Source: Octopus bimaculoides
Lineage: Eukaryota
Assembly (NCBI RefSeq): GCF_001194135.2
Contig: NC_068988.1
Span: 46,670,489-46,734,488 of the forward strand
Direction of reading: 5' to 3'
DNA: 64,000 bases
Each line of letters begins with the position of its first letter. Position 1 is the first letter of the stretch. Of the stretch, positions 1 through 12,785 are shown in pieces. A program made the translations under genes and the position numbers. The notes beneath the pieces were generated by a model, which saw only the letters and a program-made list of their open reading frames with translations, was not told the origin of the DNA and ran no database searches.

Positions 1-34
1 TATATATATATACACACACATATATATATATATG

Positions 35-195
35 AATTTCAACCATGTTTCGTGGTCTGCTACCACAACAGCTCCTTTATAGGATCCAGTTAGCTCAAGA
101 CATCATCAGGAGGAACCACGTCCGGTTTCGGCCCCTACTCTTTTACAGTTTTCACGTGGCGCCACCCTCCCCTTTCGGAGGTGTCTTCAGCTCTG
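35..195 (-). mobile_element. Degenerate Penelope pseudo-LTR-like segment with broken hammerhead motifs
   Basis: The minus strand carries CTGAAGA...GAAACCGG and CTGATGA...GAAACATG motifs, but the flanking stems are disrupted. Confidence 0.35.
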
Positions 196-413
196 GTGTT
201 AGGTGCGTGTCTTCTTTCTTCTATATTTATGTGTGTTCGTGTATGTATATTAATTCATGTGCATGTATATGTATTTGTATCCCTTTTTTTTTGTAGGTAT
301 ATTATTTTAATATTTAGACGTACCTGAATGTGTTTACGCATGGGTGCATATGAATATAAATACGTCACATTTCATAGGACTTTCTATTTCTGTTTGATGA
401 GTCTGTTATTTAT

Positions 414-504
414 ATTCTTCCTGATGAGATTAATGCATTGCCCACCATATTTCTATCTTGTCGGACATTTTGCAGTGCATTCGTCGAAATATAAGTAGAA
501 GAAT
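414..504 (+). ncRNA. Type I hammerhead ribozyme motif (Penelope-like, minimal stem III)
   Basis: Stem I ATTCTTC (414-420) pairs with GAAGAAT (498-504). Core CTGATGA at 421-427. A 14-bp stem II (428-441 with 472-485) has one mismatch and a G-C closing pair. GAAA at 486-489 is followed by TATAAG-T-A, predicting cleavage after GUA (497). Confidence 0.7.
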
Positions 505-674
505 TCAAGATACAAATGGTTTAACAGCATCCTTAGAGTTAGTCTTCGTACTCAGTTCTGCTAATTTCCACTAAAAATGACTTACTATCTCGGATTTAAA
601 TCCTGGAACACTTAAACATTTAGCTGCCTTGTAATTATTCCCCTCGATTTTTCCCTTAAGTTATATATATATAT

Positions 675-731
<57 letters not shown>

Positions 732-1360
732 NNNNNNNNNNNNNNNNNNNNNNNNNNNNNNNNNNNNNNNNNNNNNNNNNNNNNNNNNNNNNNNNNNNNN
801 NNNNNNNNNNNNNNNNNNNNNNNNNNNNNNNNNNNNNNNNNNNNNNNNNNNNNNNNNNNNNNNNNNNNNNNNNNNNNNNNNNNNNNNNNNNNNNNNNNNN
901 NNNNNNNNNNNNNNNNNNNNNNNNNNNNNNNNNNNNNNNNNNNNNNNNNNNNNNNNNNNNNNNNNNNNNNNNNNNNNNNNNNNNNNNNNNNNNNNNNNNN
1001 NNNNNNNNNNNNNNNNNNNNNNNNNNNNNNNNNNNNNNNNNNNNNNNNNNNNNNNNNNNNNNNNNNNNNNNNNNNNNNNNNNNNNNNNNNNNNNNNNNNN
1101 NNNNNNNNNNNNNNNNNNNNNNNNNNNNNNNNNNNNNNNNNNNNNNNNNNNNNNNNNNNNNNNNNNNNNNNNNNNNNNNNNNNNNNNNNNNNNNNNNNNN
1201 NNNNNNNNNNNNNNNNNNNNNNNNNNNNNNNNNNNNNNNNNNNNNNNNNNNNNNNNNNNNNNNNNNNNNNNNNNNNNNNNNNNNNNNNNNNNNNNNNNNN
1301 NNNNNNNNNNNNNNNNNNNNNNNNNNNNNNNNNNNNNNNNNNNNNNNNNNNNNNNNNNNN

Positions 1361-1400
<40 letters not shown>

Positions 1401-1402
<2 letters not shown>

Positions 1403-1935
1403 GACGGGCTTCTTTCAGTTTCTGTCTACCAAATCCACTGAAATGTCTTTGGTCGGCGCGCTGGCAGTATCATCAATAACGCTGGCTCAAGTGCATTTCG
1501 CCCGCCTTAACGTTCTGAATTCAAATACTATCAAGGTTGCCTTTGCTTTTCATCCTTCCTTGGTCGATAAAAAAAGTACCAGTTGCGCACTGTGGTCGAT
1601 GCAATTGACTTACCTCTTGCTATCGGAATTGGTTTTGTATCAAACCTTGAAACTAATACTATAGGTAGCCTCGCTCTACATCCGTTACGATGACAAGTGT
1701 TCCTGATTGGAACAACCGAGTGGCTTTTCGTAAAATTAACGTGCAAGTGATTGAGCACTCCAGATACACGTAACCTTGCTGTAGTTCTCAAAGAAACTCA
1801 TCGTGACACAGAACGTGCCAAGGCTGGACCTTTGACTTACAGGTACGACTCATTTTTTGCCAGCTGAGTTGAATGGAGCGACAAGAAATAATGTGTCTTG
1901 CTCAAAGACACAACGCGCCGCCGGGAGTGGAAATA
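1401..1935. mobile_element. Cluster of three SINE fragments (family A minus 1401-1460, family B plus ~1460-1655, family C minus ~1667-1935)
   Basis: The segments match better copies in this window: ACGACGGGCTTCTTTCAGTTT (cf. 60090), GTTCTGAATTCAAAT...TTTCATCCTT...GGTCGAT (cf. 11826) and AAATTAACGTGCAAGTG...GAGCACTCCA (cf. 48290). Confidence 0.8.
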
Positions 1936-2019
1936 CTATCTAACGATAGTCAGCCGAATAGATTTACACGCTTGTATATTATTATAAATAATCACCATTG
2001 AAACTAGTATGCTGGTATT

Positions 2020-2200
2020 TGTTGTCATATTTGTTGTTCAGTATTAGGGCAAGAAGTAGTTCGCGAAGAATTACACCAGAGAACTGCAGCAAAATGCTTC
2101 GCGATGGGTTTAACAGGAAGCAACCAATCGAGAGACGAACTCAAAAACATCTCGGAGAAAGCTGTCACCAGAATCTCTTAAGCTAATCCTCAGTAGTGTG
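2020..2200 (+). mobile_element. Possible degenerate C-terminus of a restriction-like-endonuclease LINE (R2/NeSL/HERO-like)
   Basis: Frame-hopping translation IFVV..IRAR...AKCFAMGLTG...KNISEKAVTRIS resembles the VEVGARG...S..A...S C-terminal motif. Weak. Confidence 0.25.
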
Positions 2201-2606
2201 AAGACATCTCAGTACTTTTTCTAATAAATATTGCATGTAAATTTTTGTGATAATAACATCCATGTTTTTTAAAAAGCATACCACATAATTTTGAATTTGC
2301 AAGTATTTATTTTATATGCATTTTATACGATGTGGTGATTTGATTAAGCTTATATTTATGTATTTGAAGTTAGCCTCTGGGACACAGAATTTCAGCATCA
2401 TCGTTTACGATGCATTAAAGAATTTATTTCTCTACAAAGTAACGCTTAAGTTTTCTTTTTGAACCTTGAAGAATGATGATCCAATGTTCTTCCGTATTTA
2501 ATTCGAGGTTAGGGATTCAGTGCCTTCGTAAACTTTTATAGCACTGGAAGATTTTCTTTTACAATTCACCCTATGCAATGTTTCTACTTATTTTTTGATC
2601 AGCTAT

Positions 2607-2675
<69 letters not shown>

Positions 2676-3628
2676 GTTCCGAGCCAAATACTCAAAATAG
2701 TATAGGCTAATAGGCTAATAACTATTTTATTATTTTATCGATCTACTTCAGATAAAGAATAAAATATTATGATGCTAATATTCCACGATATTCTTCAGCA
2801 GTCCGAATATTTCTTAAGAGGATCGAACGAGCCAGGTGTTTTGCTATATTAAGATCGATGGAGTAGAATCATTTGCTGATTTCATGGAAATAAAAGTTAA
2901 ACCTTCGAAAATATATTACAAATATGATTTTGGATATACTGGAATGATGTAATTGACACAAAATTGTTGTAATTTAAATGAATATGTTTCTAGTTATGAA
3001 CTAAGATAGGTTTGACTCCAGAATATTTATAATGACATAGCAGATAAAGCATTAGCTCTTTCAGAAATTTTCTTATAATAAACAATTCACTAACTCAGTA
3101 GAAATAATTACTCTTATATCTTTAATTGCCGAAATCGAGGGAATAATATAAGAATTAAATTCATATTGTTTTTGAATAATATCATACACAGATATAATAT
3201 ATTACTATATTCAGGCATAGCAATTTTGAGTTGAATAGAATTCACTTATTAGATGATTTCTGAATATCATTCATTATATATCTTAGACTAGAAATGTGTA
3301 ATTTATCATTGCCTGCATATAGTTTTAATGAGGCTAATCTGATAATTAATATCATATCATTGATATAAATGAGAAAGAGAAGTGGACTCAACTGACTGCC
3401 TTGAGAGACACCACTTTGACTACAAGCACTGAAGAGAATCTATCGTAGATATGAACGAACTGAGTTTGATTGGATAAATAATCTTTGACCTAATCTTTTA
3501 TGTACGTGTTAAAATCGTATGATTGCATTATTTGTGTAAGTTTGTTGTGACTAACAGAATCGAATGGTTTTTCTATATCAATATAGAAAATACCTACAGA
3601 GACAATATGAACTGTTTCTTTTGTTCAG

Positions 3629-3708
3629 GTGTCTAGACAAGAGAGTAGGTATCTAGACAAGAGAGTAAGTATCTAGACAAGAGAGTAGGTATCTAGACAA
3701 GAGAATAG
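3629..3708 (+). repeat. Four tandem copies of a 20-bp unit (GTATCTAGACAAGAGAGTAG) flanked by splice-like signals
   Basis: Exact 20-bp periodicity, preceded by TTTCTTTTGTTCAG and followed by GTAAGT. Confidence 0.85.
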
Positions 3709-3909
3709 GTAAGTAACTGGAGAATGTTTTGGTAAAGAGCCATGTTGATCAATTGATAAAAGTCTGAGTCGAATGATTTAGTTATACAGAATTAACTGAG
3801 TTAAATAATTTAGTCATAATGAATGAATTTAAATGTTTTTTCTTTAACCTCAGATACTAAGTTCTCTTTCTATTCAGGGAGAACTTGATAACTTTCCAAA
3901 TTGACGGCA

Positions 3910-4053
3910 ATGTCTGAGAAGCAAAATAAAAATATAAGAAAAAGATTCAAATCATTCAAATGCAACTTTAATAAAATATGGAATACCACAGAGCCGTTTC
4001 TAAAGGTTTTGGAGCAAGAAATTTCAAATAAGTTTATAGTATTTAAGGTTTAA
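3910..4053 (+). CDS. Candidate 47-aa ORF MSEKQNKNIRKRFKSFKCNFNKIWNTTEPFLKVLEQEISNKFIVFKV in a putative spliced exon
   Basis: Lies in a putative exon starting at 3878, after TACTAAG (branch-like), a pyrimidine tract and CAG. No homology recognised. Confidence 0.2.
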   Translation: MSEKQNKNIRKRFKSFKCNFNKIWNTTEPFLKVLEQEISNKFIVFKV

Positions 4054-4417
4054 GAAAAAGTAATTTTCATATCAAGGGGCAATGTTTTTACGGTTAAGTT
4101 TAAATCGATTCTATTATCTTTAGTAAATAAGCATGTGTGCGTGCTTGCATGCACGTGTTTGTGTGTCCATATGTACGCGTGTGTGTATGTGCATGTATCT
4201 ATGTGTTTATGTCCCACCGTCCTGTGTCCACAATCTTCTTGTATCTTTAGTACATAATAAACATCTCAAATTATTATTAATTTAGAATATTTTGCAGACA
4301 TTCTGATTTGATATCGCTGTGTTGTTTTATAGTATTTAATGACTAAATGAAATACATTTCTGCGATCAGAGAGAGACCGAGTGAGAAAGAGAGAGCGATA
4401 GATAGATAGATAGATAT

Positions 4418-4448
<31 letters not shown>

Positions 4449-4489
4449 AGGCATATGTAAGAGTGCTGCTTTCTGTAAGGCTGATGAAT

Positions 4490-4830
4490 ATTGTTGTTGT
4501 TTGTTCCTTCTAGAGCCATACCTGGCTCATAAGGGTCGGTTTCCCGCTTTCATTGGCGTATAGGTTCCCCACCTGGAGTGGACGCCGGTCCGTTGCATGA
4601 GTGCTGCTAGATGCAGGAGGACAGAATGAAAGAAAGTTGTGGTGAAAGAGTCATCAGAAGTTCGTCATTACCTTCTGCCGGAGCCGCGTGGAGCTTACAT
4701 GTTTTGCTCATGAACACACAGATCACTGAGATTCAAATCCGCGAGTCCACTGTTCTGGCTACTAGGGGTCGATGTAATCAAATTATCCCCTCCTCGGAAG
4801 TTACTGGCCTTGTGCTAAAATTTGAAATGA
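4490..4830 (-). mobile_element. tRNA-derived SINE (family C variant) followed by a family B 3' fragment
   Basis: Shares GAAAGTTGTGG...CTGCCGGAGC...GTGGAGCTT with copies at 42782 and 48216. 4765-4830 is the GGGGTCGATGTAATC...AAATTTGAAA tail of family B on the plus strand. Confidence 0.8.
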
Positions 4831-7800
4831 ATATTACGTAAATATAAATTTTCTGTGTTGAAAACATCCAGTTTATGAAAACAATCAAAGTTAAACTCCA
4901 CTCGAAGAAATTCTTGTTCTTGTTCATTTATTACTCTTAATAGACTCTTCACTTCGCTGAAGAAGTAAGACTTCTGATCAGTGCTCGGTTTTCCTTCTCT
5001 GAAGAAACCGTAACAATGATCAATAACTTAATAAAAAAATCCATTATGGAGGCTATCAAATGAAAGCAGATAAATGTATTCTGTTTACTCCTGAAATGAA
5101 CACCTTTGAGGCAACCGTCTCGTTGTTCAACAATAAAAGTTCGTAGGTCGTAGCACTTTTCGGTGTTCAAGAATTGCAGCGATTGTTGTGAATATTAAAA
5201 GTTGATATCATCTTTATATAGGCAAACAATTAACCCTATGTTCGATATAGAATACGGAAGTAAGATTAAAATTATTAAATATCGTAGTAACGATTAGAAC
5301 TCATGTCTTTCAGCTACGAAATCTTACATCATCCTAGGTAGCTTAATGCTGCTACGAATGCGCCATCATTTAACATTTATGATAATCCTTCTCAAAGCAA
5401 CCTCTTACCACTCCACAAATCTTTCTACCATCCTAGTACTTCATGATTGGCATATTTTGTTTGGTTACAAAATTTTGGGGGATGACACTTAATTTCTATT
5501 TCTGGATGCTACATTTATCAAAGTTTAAGCTTCAATACGGTAATCGAGAACCCTCTCAAGTCACTATATTTATTTGTACTTTTTCAACATAAACATTGGT
5601 TTTAAGTTTCCGTTATCTTCATCACCAAGCAATAAATATCTATTTAGTGTTGTCGATGAGTGTTTATGTCTTCTGGTTTTTGTCCATGTCGCAAAACTTC
5701 ATCATTAGCTCTCATATCCAGTTTAAAAACGTAGTTTCCTTTTCTCAGTTCACCTGGTATGTCGACGTAAATCGTTGAACCTCCTTCATATACCCAAAAT
5801 AAAAACTTTTAAAAATGTAGATGAGCCGCAAAAACTTACACGCACTACAAGAAGTGAGGAGTACGTGTATTATTTTGGTATTGGCAAGGAAACCAGGATT
5901 TTAGACCGAGAAGCTAAAATTTTAACTTCTCTCTCATTTAATCAATTCTATTTCTTTCAGATGCCTTGTAAGTTGTGACCCTTGCTTCTGTACATCTACA
6001 AACTTTAGAAGTGAAGGGTGCTTTTTCACTTTTCCTTTAAAAATGCTAACCGGTGTTTCTTTACCCAGAAAGTGTTTGTTGGGGTGATAAAAGCGTAACA
6101 AAAATGAACTAGTCGAAAAAGTTGACTTATTGGAATCAAATTTCCAACTGTTCACATTGTTTTTGAAAGTGATCGAGGCGCTTCCGAAGCAATTTAGGAC
6201 TTAAATCTATCTGACAGCTGACTAAGCATCTAAGCACTAAAACCAATTAAACTCTACACACTAACGAACTGTCTTTTAACCGGTACTGCGTCGGTCGATT
6301 TAAAATACCTATTGAAAGAATGATTAGGCTTTAGTAAACTGTACTAAACAATTGCACGTAAAAATATCAAAACTTTGGGAAATTTCCGTTATACTGTATA
6401 TAAGCTCTTTCATATTTCTTTTTCTGAAAGGAGGGGGAAAATGCAATTACTTTTATGCGACAATTGATGTATTATATTCTGCAGGAGACCTTGAAATGAC
6501 CTCATAACACTACCGCTGTAAACGTCCATATCAACCACAATCTGTGGAGTCGGCTACGAAATAGCAATGGAAAATGTAGTGAATTAAAACTTCTTTTGGA
6601 TTGACATTCATCTTGAGTTATTCACACAAACGGTCTTTGAATTCTTTGAGAATTTTACTACATTGAACATACTTCTGATTTCCACCCAACCAACGAAAAC
6701 ATAGTTATTTCGGTCAATATCGTACAAAGTATTTCAATAAGCTATTTGCATATCGATTATGGCAAAACATAAAGTAATGTGACATTGAATATTTGTTGCA
6801 CGATAGTAAAGATGTAACAGCTGAAAAATTGAAATGTTTTTCATAAAGTTAATTAATTCTACTTAAAGTGTTGCAATACATACTTTAATTTCCTTTATAT
6901 TATATAATTATATATCACATTGTTATGTATGCAACTTATGTTTCTGTCTGTGTTCATATATGTGTATATATGAGTGCTTTTGAATATATACATATACATA
7001 CATATATNNNNNNNNNNNNNNNNNNNNNNNNNNNNNNNNNNNNNNNNNNNNNNNNNNNNNNNNNNNNNNNNNNNNNNNNNNNNNNNNNNNNNNACAATAG
7101 AAATATTGGCAGGGCTGGACGAAGAATTGTTTTCAAATTTTCTTTGGTGTCTATAGCTGTATATGTATAAAAGTATGTATGTATGTGCGTGTGCGTGTGT
7201 GTGTTTGTGTGTTTATGTGTACAGGGAACAAACTAACAGGGAAAGCAGGAGAATAAAAGTGCGAAAATATCAAAACGAAGGCAATATAAAGTAAAATAAA
7301 TATTTAATAATCAGTTTCATGTTCAGAAAAATAGAACAGGAATATCTTCGCATTTCGGACTTAGGCACTTCCTAAAATGTAGGGAGAATAGAAGAGAAAA
7401 TATGGAGAAGTTTCTAATGCATCTAGATTAGTGTGGTAAAAAATAATTTTTAACCAATTGAATTATTTCAAATTGTCATAGCAGCAAATTATCTTCACAT
7501 GAAAACCATAATCTGAAGGTTGTTCTGCAATCTGATGACTGTATGTGAAACTTTGCCGTATTGAATAGGTTCGACTGTTGTCACTGTTGGTAAATATAGT
7601 ACTAGTCAGGTGGTGAGGAATATTTCACCGACTAATAATATTTCCCCAAAATTTCTCACGTTGTTTCTGTGTTAAAAACAGTTTAGAAAAGTGTATCAAC
7701 AAAATCGTTTGATCATAGGACACATTACGAAGCAGTAATTTGTTCTGGTGTTTATGCTCTGAGTTAAAATTCCCTTGAAAGTCAATTCTACCTTTTATCC

Positions 7801-7950
7801 CTTCAGTATCTATAAAATAATGCCCCTGTTATGCATATTATGTACTGCTGTCGTAATAGAATAACACCAAATTTCAGCCCTGTACCTATGTCACAAACTA
7901 TTATTTGCATAACTTCGCTTTATTAAAAATTCTCTTTAGCCCATTATATT

Positions 7951-8165
7951 CTTTTCTAATCTAAGCACAAGGTCCGAAATTTTTGGGGAGGAGGCAAGTC
8001 GATTAGATCGACCCCAGAACGCAAGTGGCACTTAATTTATCGACTCCGAAAGGATGAACGCCAAAGTCGACATTCGGCGGAATTTGAACTCAGAACGTAA
8101 AGACAGACGAAATACCACTAAGCATTTCGCCCGGCGTGCTAACGTTTCTGCTAGCTCGCCGCCTT
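7951..8165 (-). mobile_element. tRNA-derived SINE family B with 16-bp target-site duplication
   Basis: Reverse complement of the 11826 copy. TSD TTTAGCCCATTATATT (7935-7950) and TTTAACCCATTATATT (8166-8181), 15/16 identical. Confidence 0.9.
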
Positions 8166-8928
8166 TTTAACCCATTATATTATGTTAGCCCGAACTTAAC
8201 TATGTATTCTTCATACAAAATGCATACCTGGTAAATTTTTATGTTTATGTTTATGAATTGGAGAAGGATCGTAAAATGCACACAATATGGAAGAGTAATA
8301 TGCAGAAGCCTAAACTGAATATACACTCCCTGTGATTCAGCAGTTTTAAAACCTGTTTTAACGACAGAATGGGAACAAAGAATTTACAGTTGAATAGCCT
8401 TTCTAACTGAAAGTATTCTCGTATAGAATAAAATTAATTAAAATTTAATCTCCCCTGCCCCTACTCCGTCATAATTGCAGCAATTCTGTCATATATGATG
8501 TTAAAGTTATTCCTGTGATCTTTGTATTAGAAAGTAAAATGATATCATATGAAATTCTATTTGATTTTCTAAATTTTCCATTGGCCTTATACTACATATT
8601 ATGATAACACTTTATTATATATACTTTTATATTCTTCAACATTGAGATTATGGGAAATAAAATGAGTGAAAAGATTATTAAAAATTTAGTTTATATTTGG
8701 GAATTAATGTCTGCGAAACTTCTTATTCGAATTAATGGAATCAGGAGTCACCTGAGCATTACATTGTGATTAGAATATAGTCAGTTTATTTTATAGAACA
8801 CCACAAACTATTGAGGTACACATTATATTTAGTTGTATTAATACCTTGTGGTCATTCTCTCTCTCTCCATGCACACGCACACACATGCACACTGTATGTG
8901 AATGTGTTTCTATGCGTAAGTACATGAA

Positions 8929-9009
<81 letters not shown>

Positions 9010-9834
9010 TTGTAGGTTAAAATCATTAAGAAAGCCATTCGTTGTAGATGCATTACTTACTCTCCTTAATATATTACCAATGTGCTTGACATTTCAGAAT
9101 AAAACGCCCTATTCTTAGCATGAGAAGTTATTACTGGACTTGGATTTTCTGCAGACATCACTGTATTTTGAAATCTTAGCATAGTCGCTGTTCTTACTTC
9201 AGAAACTTTTATGAAAACAGAAACCTTTACAAATTATGCACTGACAGTGTATAACTTACTTTTCCGGTTTAGAATAAGAAACACATCAAGTTTTGGCTAT
9301 CCTAATTTAACGGTAGTAATAGAAATTTATAGTTCTTCTCTCTTATCTTCCTACCAAATGTGGTTAAAATAATATATTTGTAGGATATTTCAGACGTTAT
9401 TAAATGAGTTAAGAAAAATATACTGCAAAGCATTCTTATAATATATTTTACTCACTTTCCATAAATGGTTTATGTAGCTGTGATTTTGGCATTAAATTCC
9501 TTATGCTAAGCTTAAACATTATTGCAAAACTTCAAATGTTCTTCATACTTCACTCTGTTGTTGATGTTTTAATATATCTACAGAACGTTCGTCATTATAC
9601 AGATAATAATTAATGAACTGGATTCGCATTTACTAAACAATGACATTAAAAAAAGTATAAATCGAAATTTTGGGATATTTTCGTTATATTGCACGTAAGT
9701 TCTATAATATTTTTTATGGAAAGAAAGGGAAAATATAATTACTTTTATGTAACTATTGATGTATTATTGCGAATGTTTGTCATGCCGCTATTAAAAGGTA
9801 TATATACTTTTTGTTTCTATGCATGCATCTGTGT

Positions 9835-9890
<56 letters not shown>

Positions 9891-9916
9891 ATACTTATAT
9901 ATATGTATGTATACAC

Positions 9917-9965
<49 letters not shown>

Positions 9966-10254
9966 TATACATGTATGTACATACATACATCTATACGTTT
10001 AGACGTACATACAGCGCTGATACGTCACCTGAAAGACATTTGAAATGGAGTGGGCTAATATTGGAAGTGAGTTTGAAAATCATTGACGTAGTGGCCTGGC
10101 AATTATTTGTTGCTTGTTAACCTGAGGTCAGCATTAACTGAGCCGATTTATGATGAAAGCTCTCCCGTCGTAACAATCTTGCCTTTTGTATATCGAAGAC
10201 AGTATTCTCTTATCTAATACGCTTTTCTATTACACACATACTACTCCCAACTAT

Positions 10255-10760
10255 GGTCACCATACAATATAAAATTAACTGTGTAACTCGATGCTACACA
10301 GAGAAAATCGTCTAAATGCAACGTATCAGCTACTGGGAAAGACTGAAAGAATTAAAACTCTTCTCCCCAGAACGAAGGCGGAAAAGCTATGCAGTGATAT
10401 ACATCTGGAAAATCCTGGGAGGCCCTGTACCAAACATTGGCATTGAAAGTTAGACAAACAGCAGAACGGGAGCCACTGCATAATGCCAAAGATCCCAGCC
10501 TCTCCATCAAATACAAGACCAGATACTGCAACAGCTTGGGTTTCAAGGGTCCACAGCACTTCAATATCCTTCTAAAATGCCTGCGAAATCTGCTTCGTGT
10601 AGATGTAGGTATCTTCGAAACAAAACTGGATCTCCTCCTATCAAAGGTTCCAGATGAGCCTACCTCACGGCAAGAAACACAGATGAGGACAGCAGCATCA
10701 AGCTCCTTCATTTACCAAATGCCGCATATCAGAGGAGGTTTCACATAATGGTGTAGCACA
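10255..10760 (+). mobile_element. CR1-like LINE 3' fragment (C-terminal ORF2 region)
   Basis: Translates to SYWERLKELKLFSPERRRKSYAVIYIWKILGGPVPN, then NSLGFKGPQHFNILLKCLRNLLRVDVGIFETKLDLLLSKVPDEP. This matches the typical CR1-clade ORF2 end; stops and frameshifts present. Confidence 0.85.
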
Positions 10761-11070
10761 GTCAATAGTGGTGTCCCAGCATGACAACAGCTTTGAAGCT
10801 GAAACAATTTAAATTAAAGAATTGTATATATATATATATATATATNNNNNNNNNNNNNNNNNNNNNNNNNNNNNNNNNNNNNNNNNNNNNNNNNNNNNNN
10901 NNNNNNNNNNNNNNNNNNNNNNNNNNNNNNNNNNNNNNNNNNNNNNNNNNNNNNNNNNNNNNNNNNNNNNNNNNNNNNNNNNNNNNNNNNNNNNNNNNNN
11001 NNNNNNNNNNNNNNNNNNNNNNNNNNNNNNNNNNNNNNNNNNNNNNNNNNNNNNNNNNNNNNNNNNNNNN

Positions 11071-11114
<44 letters not shown>

Positions 11115-11825
11115 CGCATATATAATATATGCAGTTAAATGTATGCGGGTATGAAGTTATGTAAATCTAAGTAAAGGAATAAGTCTGCTACTCAAGGAAT
11201 CAGACTTTAATGAGTTGGAACACATAACCGAAGGGGCTTTAAGAATACCACTAACCCACAACTCTGAAGAAATCCTAAAGAATGAAGGGCAAAATTGATA
11301 TCAGTCGGATTTGATCTCAGTCCACAGACCTTCGAAGGAAGTGTCATGGGGCTGTTTGTTCTCCGTTATGACAATTCTAAGAAATGAACCCCCCCTCCCG
11401 AGGACAGAAAAGATAAAGAATTCATATGGAATAAAAGAGATGGAAGTAACATTGAATGGTGCAGAACTGACGCAAAGTTAATACGGTTTTTCATACTTAG
11501 ATGAGTGATTACGCACAAGAGGGCTGCCAAGTTAGGGTGAATTTAGTGTACTGTTGTATTTACAGGTTTTCTCCTCCGAGCATAGTTCCAAGTTTACTCA
11601 TAATCTGTGGTAATGTTTATAATGTTGATAAGGAACTGCCTCAAGATCAAAAGAGGGATCGTTTACCATTATTTCCGAGACAATAATAGAAAATGATACT
11701 CTCATAGTAATAGATTTAAGGCAACGGTCTTTTTATATCCATTATTTTTTCTTAAAGATCCATATCTCTTTTATTAAGGAAATATAAATATATACGATTG
11801 GCTCAGAAGAAGGTAGAAACACCTT

Positions 11826-12056
11826 AGGTGGCGAGCTGGCAGAAACGTTAGAACGCCAGGCGAAATGCTTAGCGGTATTTCGTTTGCCGCTACGTTCTGA
11901 GTTCAAATTCCGCCGAGGTCAACTTTGCCTTTCATCCTCTCGGGGTCGATTAAATAAGTACCAATTATGCACTGGGGTCGATATAATCGACTTAATCAAT
12001 TTGTCTGTCCTTGTGTGTCCCCTCTATGTTTAGCCTCTTGTGGGCAATAAAGAAAT
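11826..12056 (+). mobile_element. Near full-length tRNA-derived SINE family B
   Basis: Head GGCGAGCTGGCAGAAACGTTAG with B-box-like GTTCAAATTCC, central TTTCATCC...GGGGTCGATTAAATAAGTACC, and AATAAAGAAAT end. Flanked by AGAAACACC direct repeats (11815-11823 and 12058-12066). Confidence 0.9.
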
Positions 12057-12712
12057 CAGAAACACCAGTCAAGCACATTACTTCTGTGAGGACAGTCTGA
12101 AAGTATATGCCAAGAATATGAATGGTATGAAATGAAAGATTTGACCAGGTTTTGCTTGATATTATCAAAGCCTATAACGAGGGGTTTGGCGGAATAGGTA
12201 TCCTTCAATCCATGTCTAGATATATTTTGATCAATGACCTAATTATTTCTCTAGTGTCTAATGACTGATGCTATAGACACTTAGGTACAGATAAAAATAT
12301 ATCGTATGATAGAACCTGCAACAAAAGACAGGTTAAACAGGATTCTCATAACTTAAATGCTAACAATACATCAGTAGCAACAATATGTTTACTCATGATA
12401 TTTGCGATATTCGACTGAATGCCGTTTAAACGCCAAAATTATCAACCCATATCATAAATTTGCTTATGAACAATGATAGATGCTTCCTCTACTTAAAACA
12501 AAAACAAAACAATGGAGGCTTAATAATGATTCAAACAAACTTTGCTCACTGTATGATACCCCTTCAACAGCCACTAACCACAGAATGCCGTTTGCAACTC
12601 ACATAAACTTTGGAAAGGAGCTTCTTAGAGACTATTCCCTGATTGATAACCATGGATAAGCTTCCAGAGAAATCGCTTAAGCCTGTCGTAACAGATCATC
12701 AGATTAAAAGCG

Positions 12713-12785
<73 letters not shown>

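Noticed and set aside
3629-3708. CRISPR-like appearance of the 20-bp repeats
   Set aside because: Units are directly adjacent with no spacers, and the context is eukaryotic.
5229-5245. TTAACCCT piggyBac-like terminus
   Set aside because: No nearby matching inverted end or transposase.
5934-6155. Minus-strand ORF containing SQLTRHL, resembling hAT/Buster motifs; also a TTTCAG-ATGCCTT-GTAAGT micro-exon pattern on plus
   Set aside because: Motif order does not fit hAT transposases, and a 7-nt exon pattern alone is unsupported.
7520-7575. CTGATGA...GAAAC motif pair (similar pairs at 12830-12860 and 13240-13275 minus)
   Set aside because: Required stems cannot form or the cleavage nucleotide is G; expected by chance.
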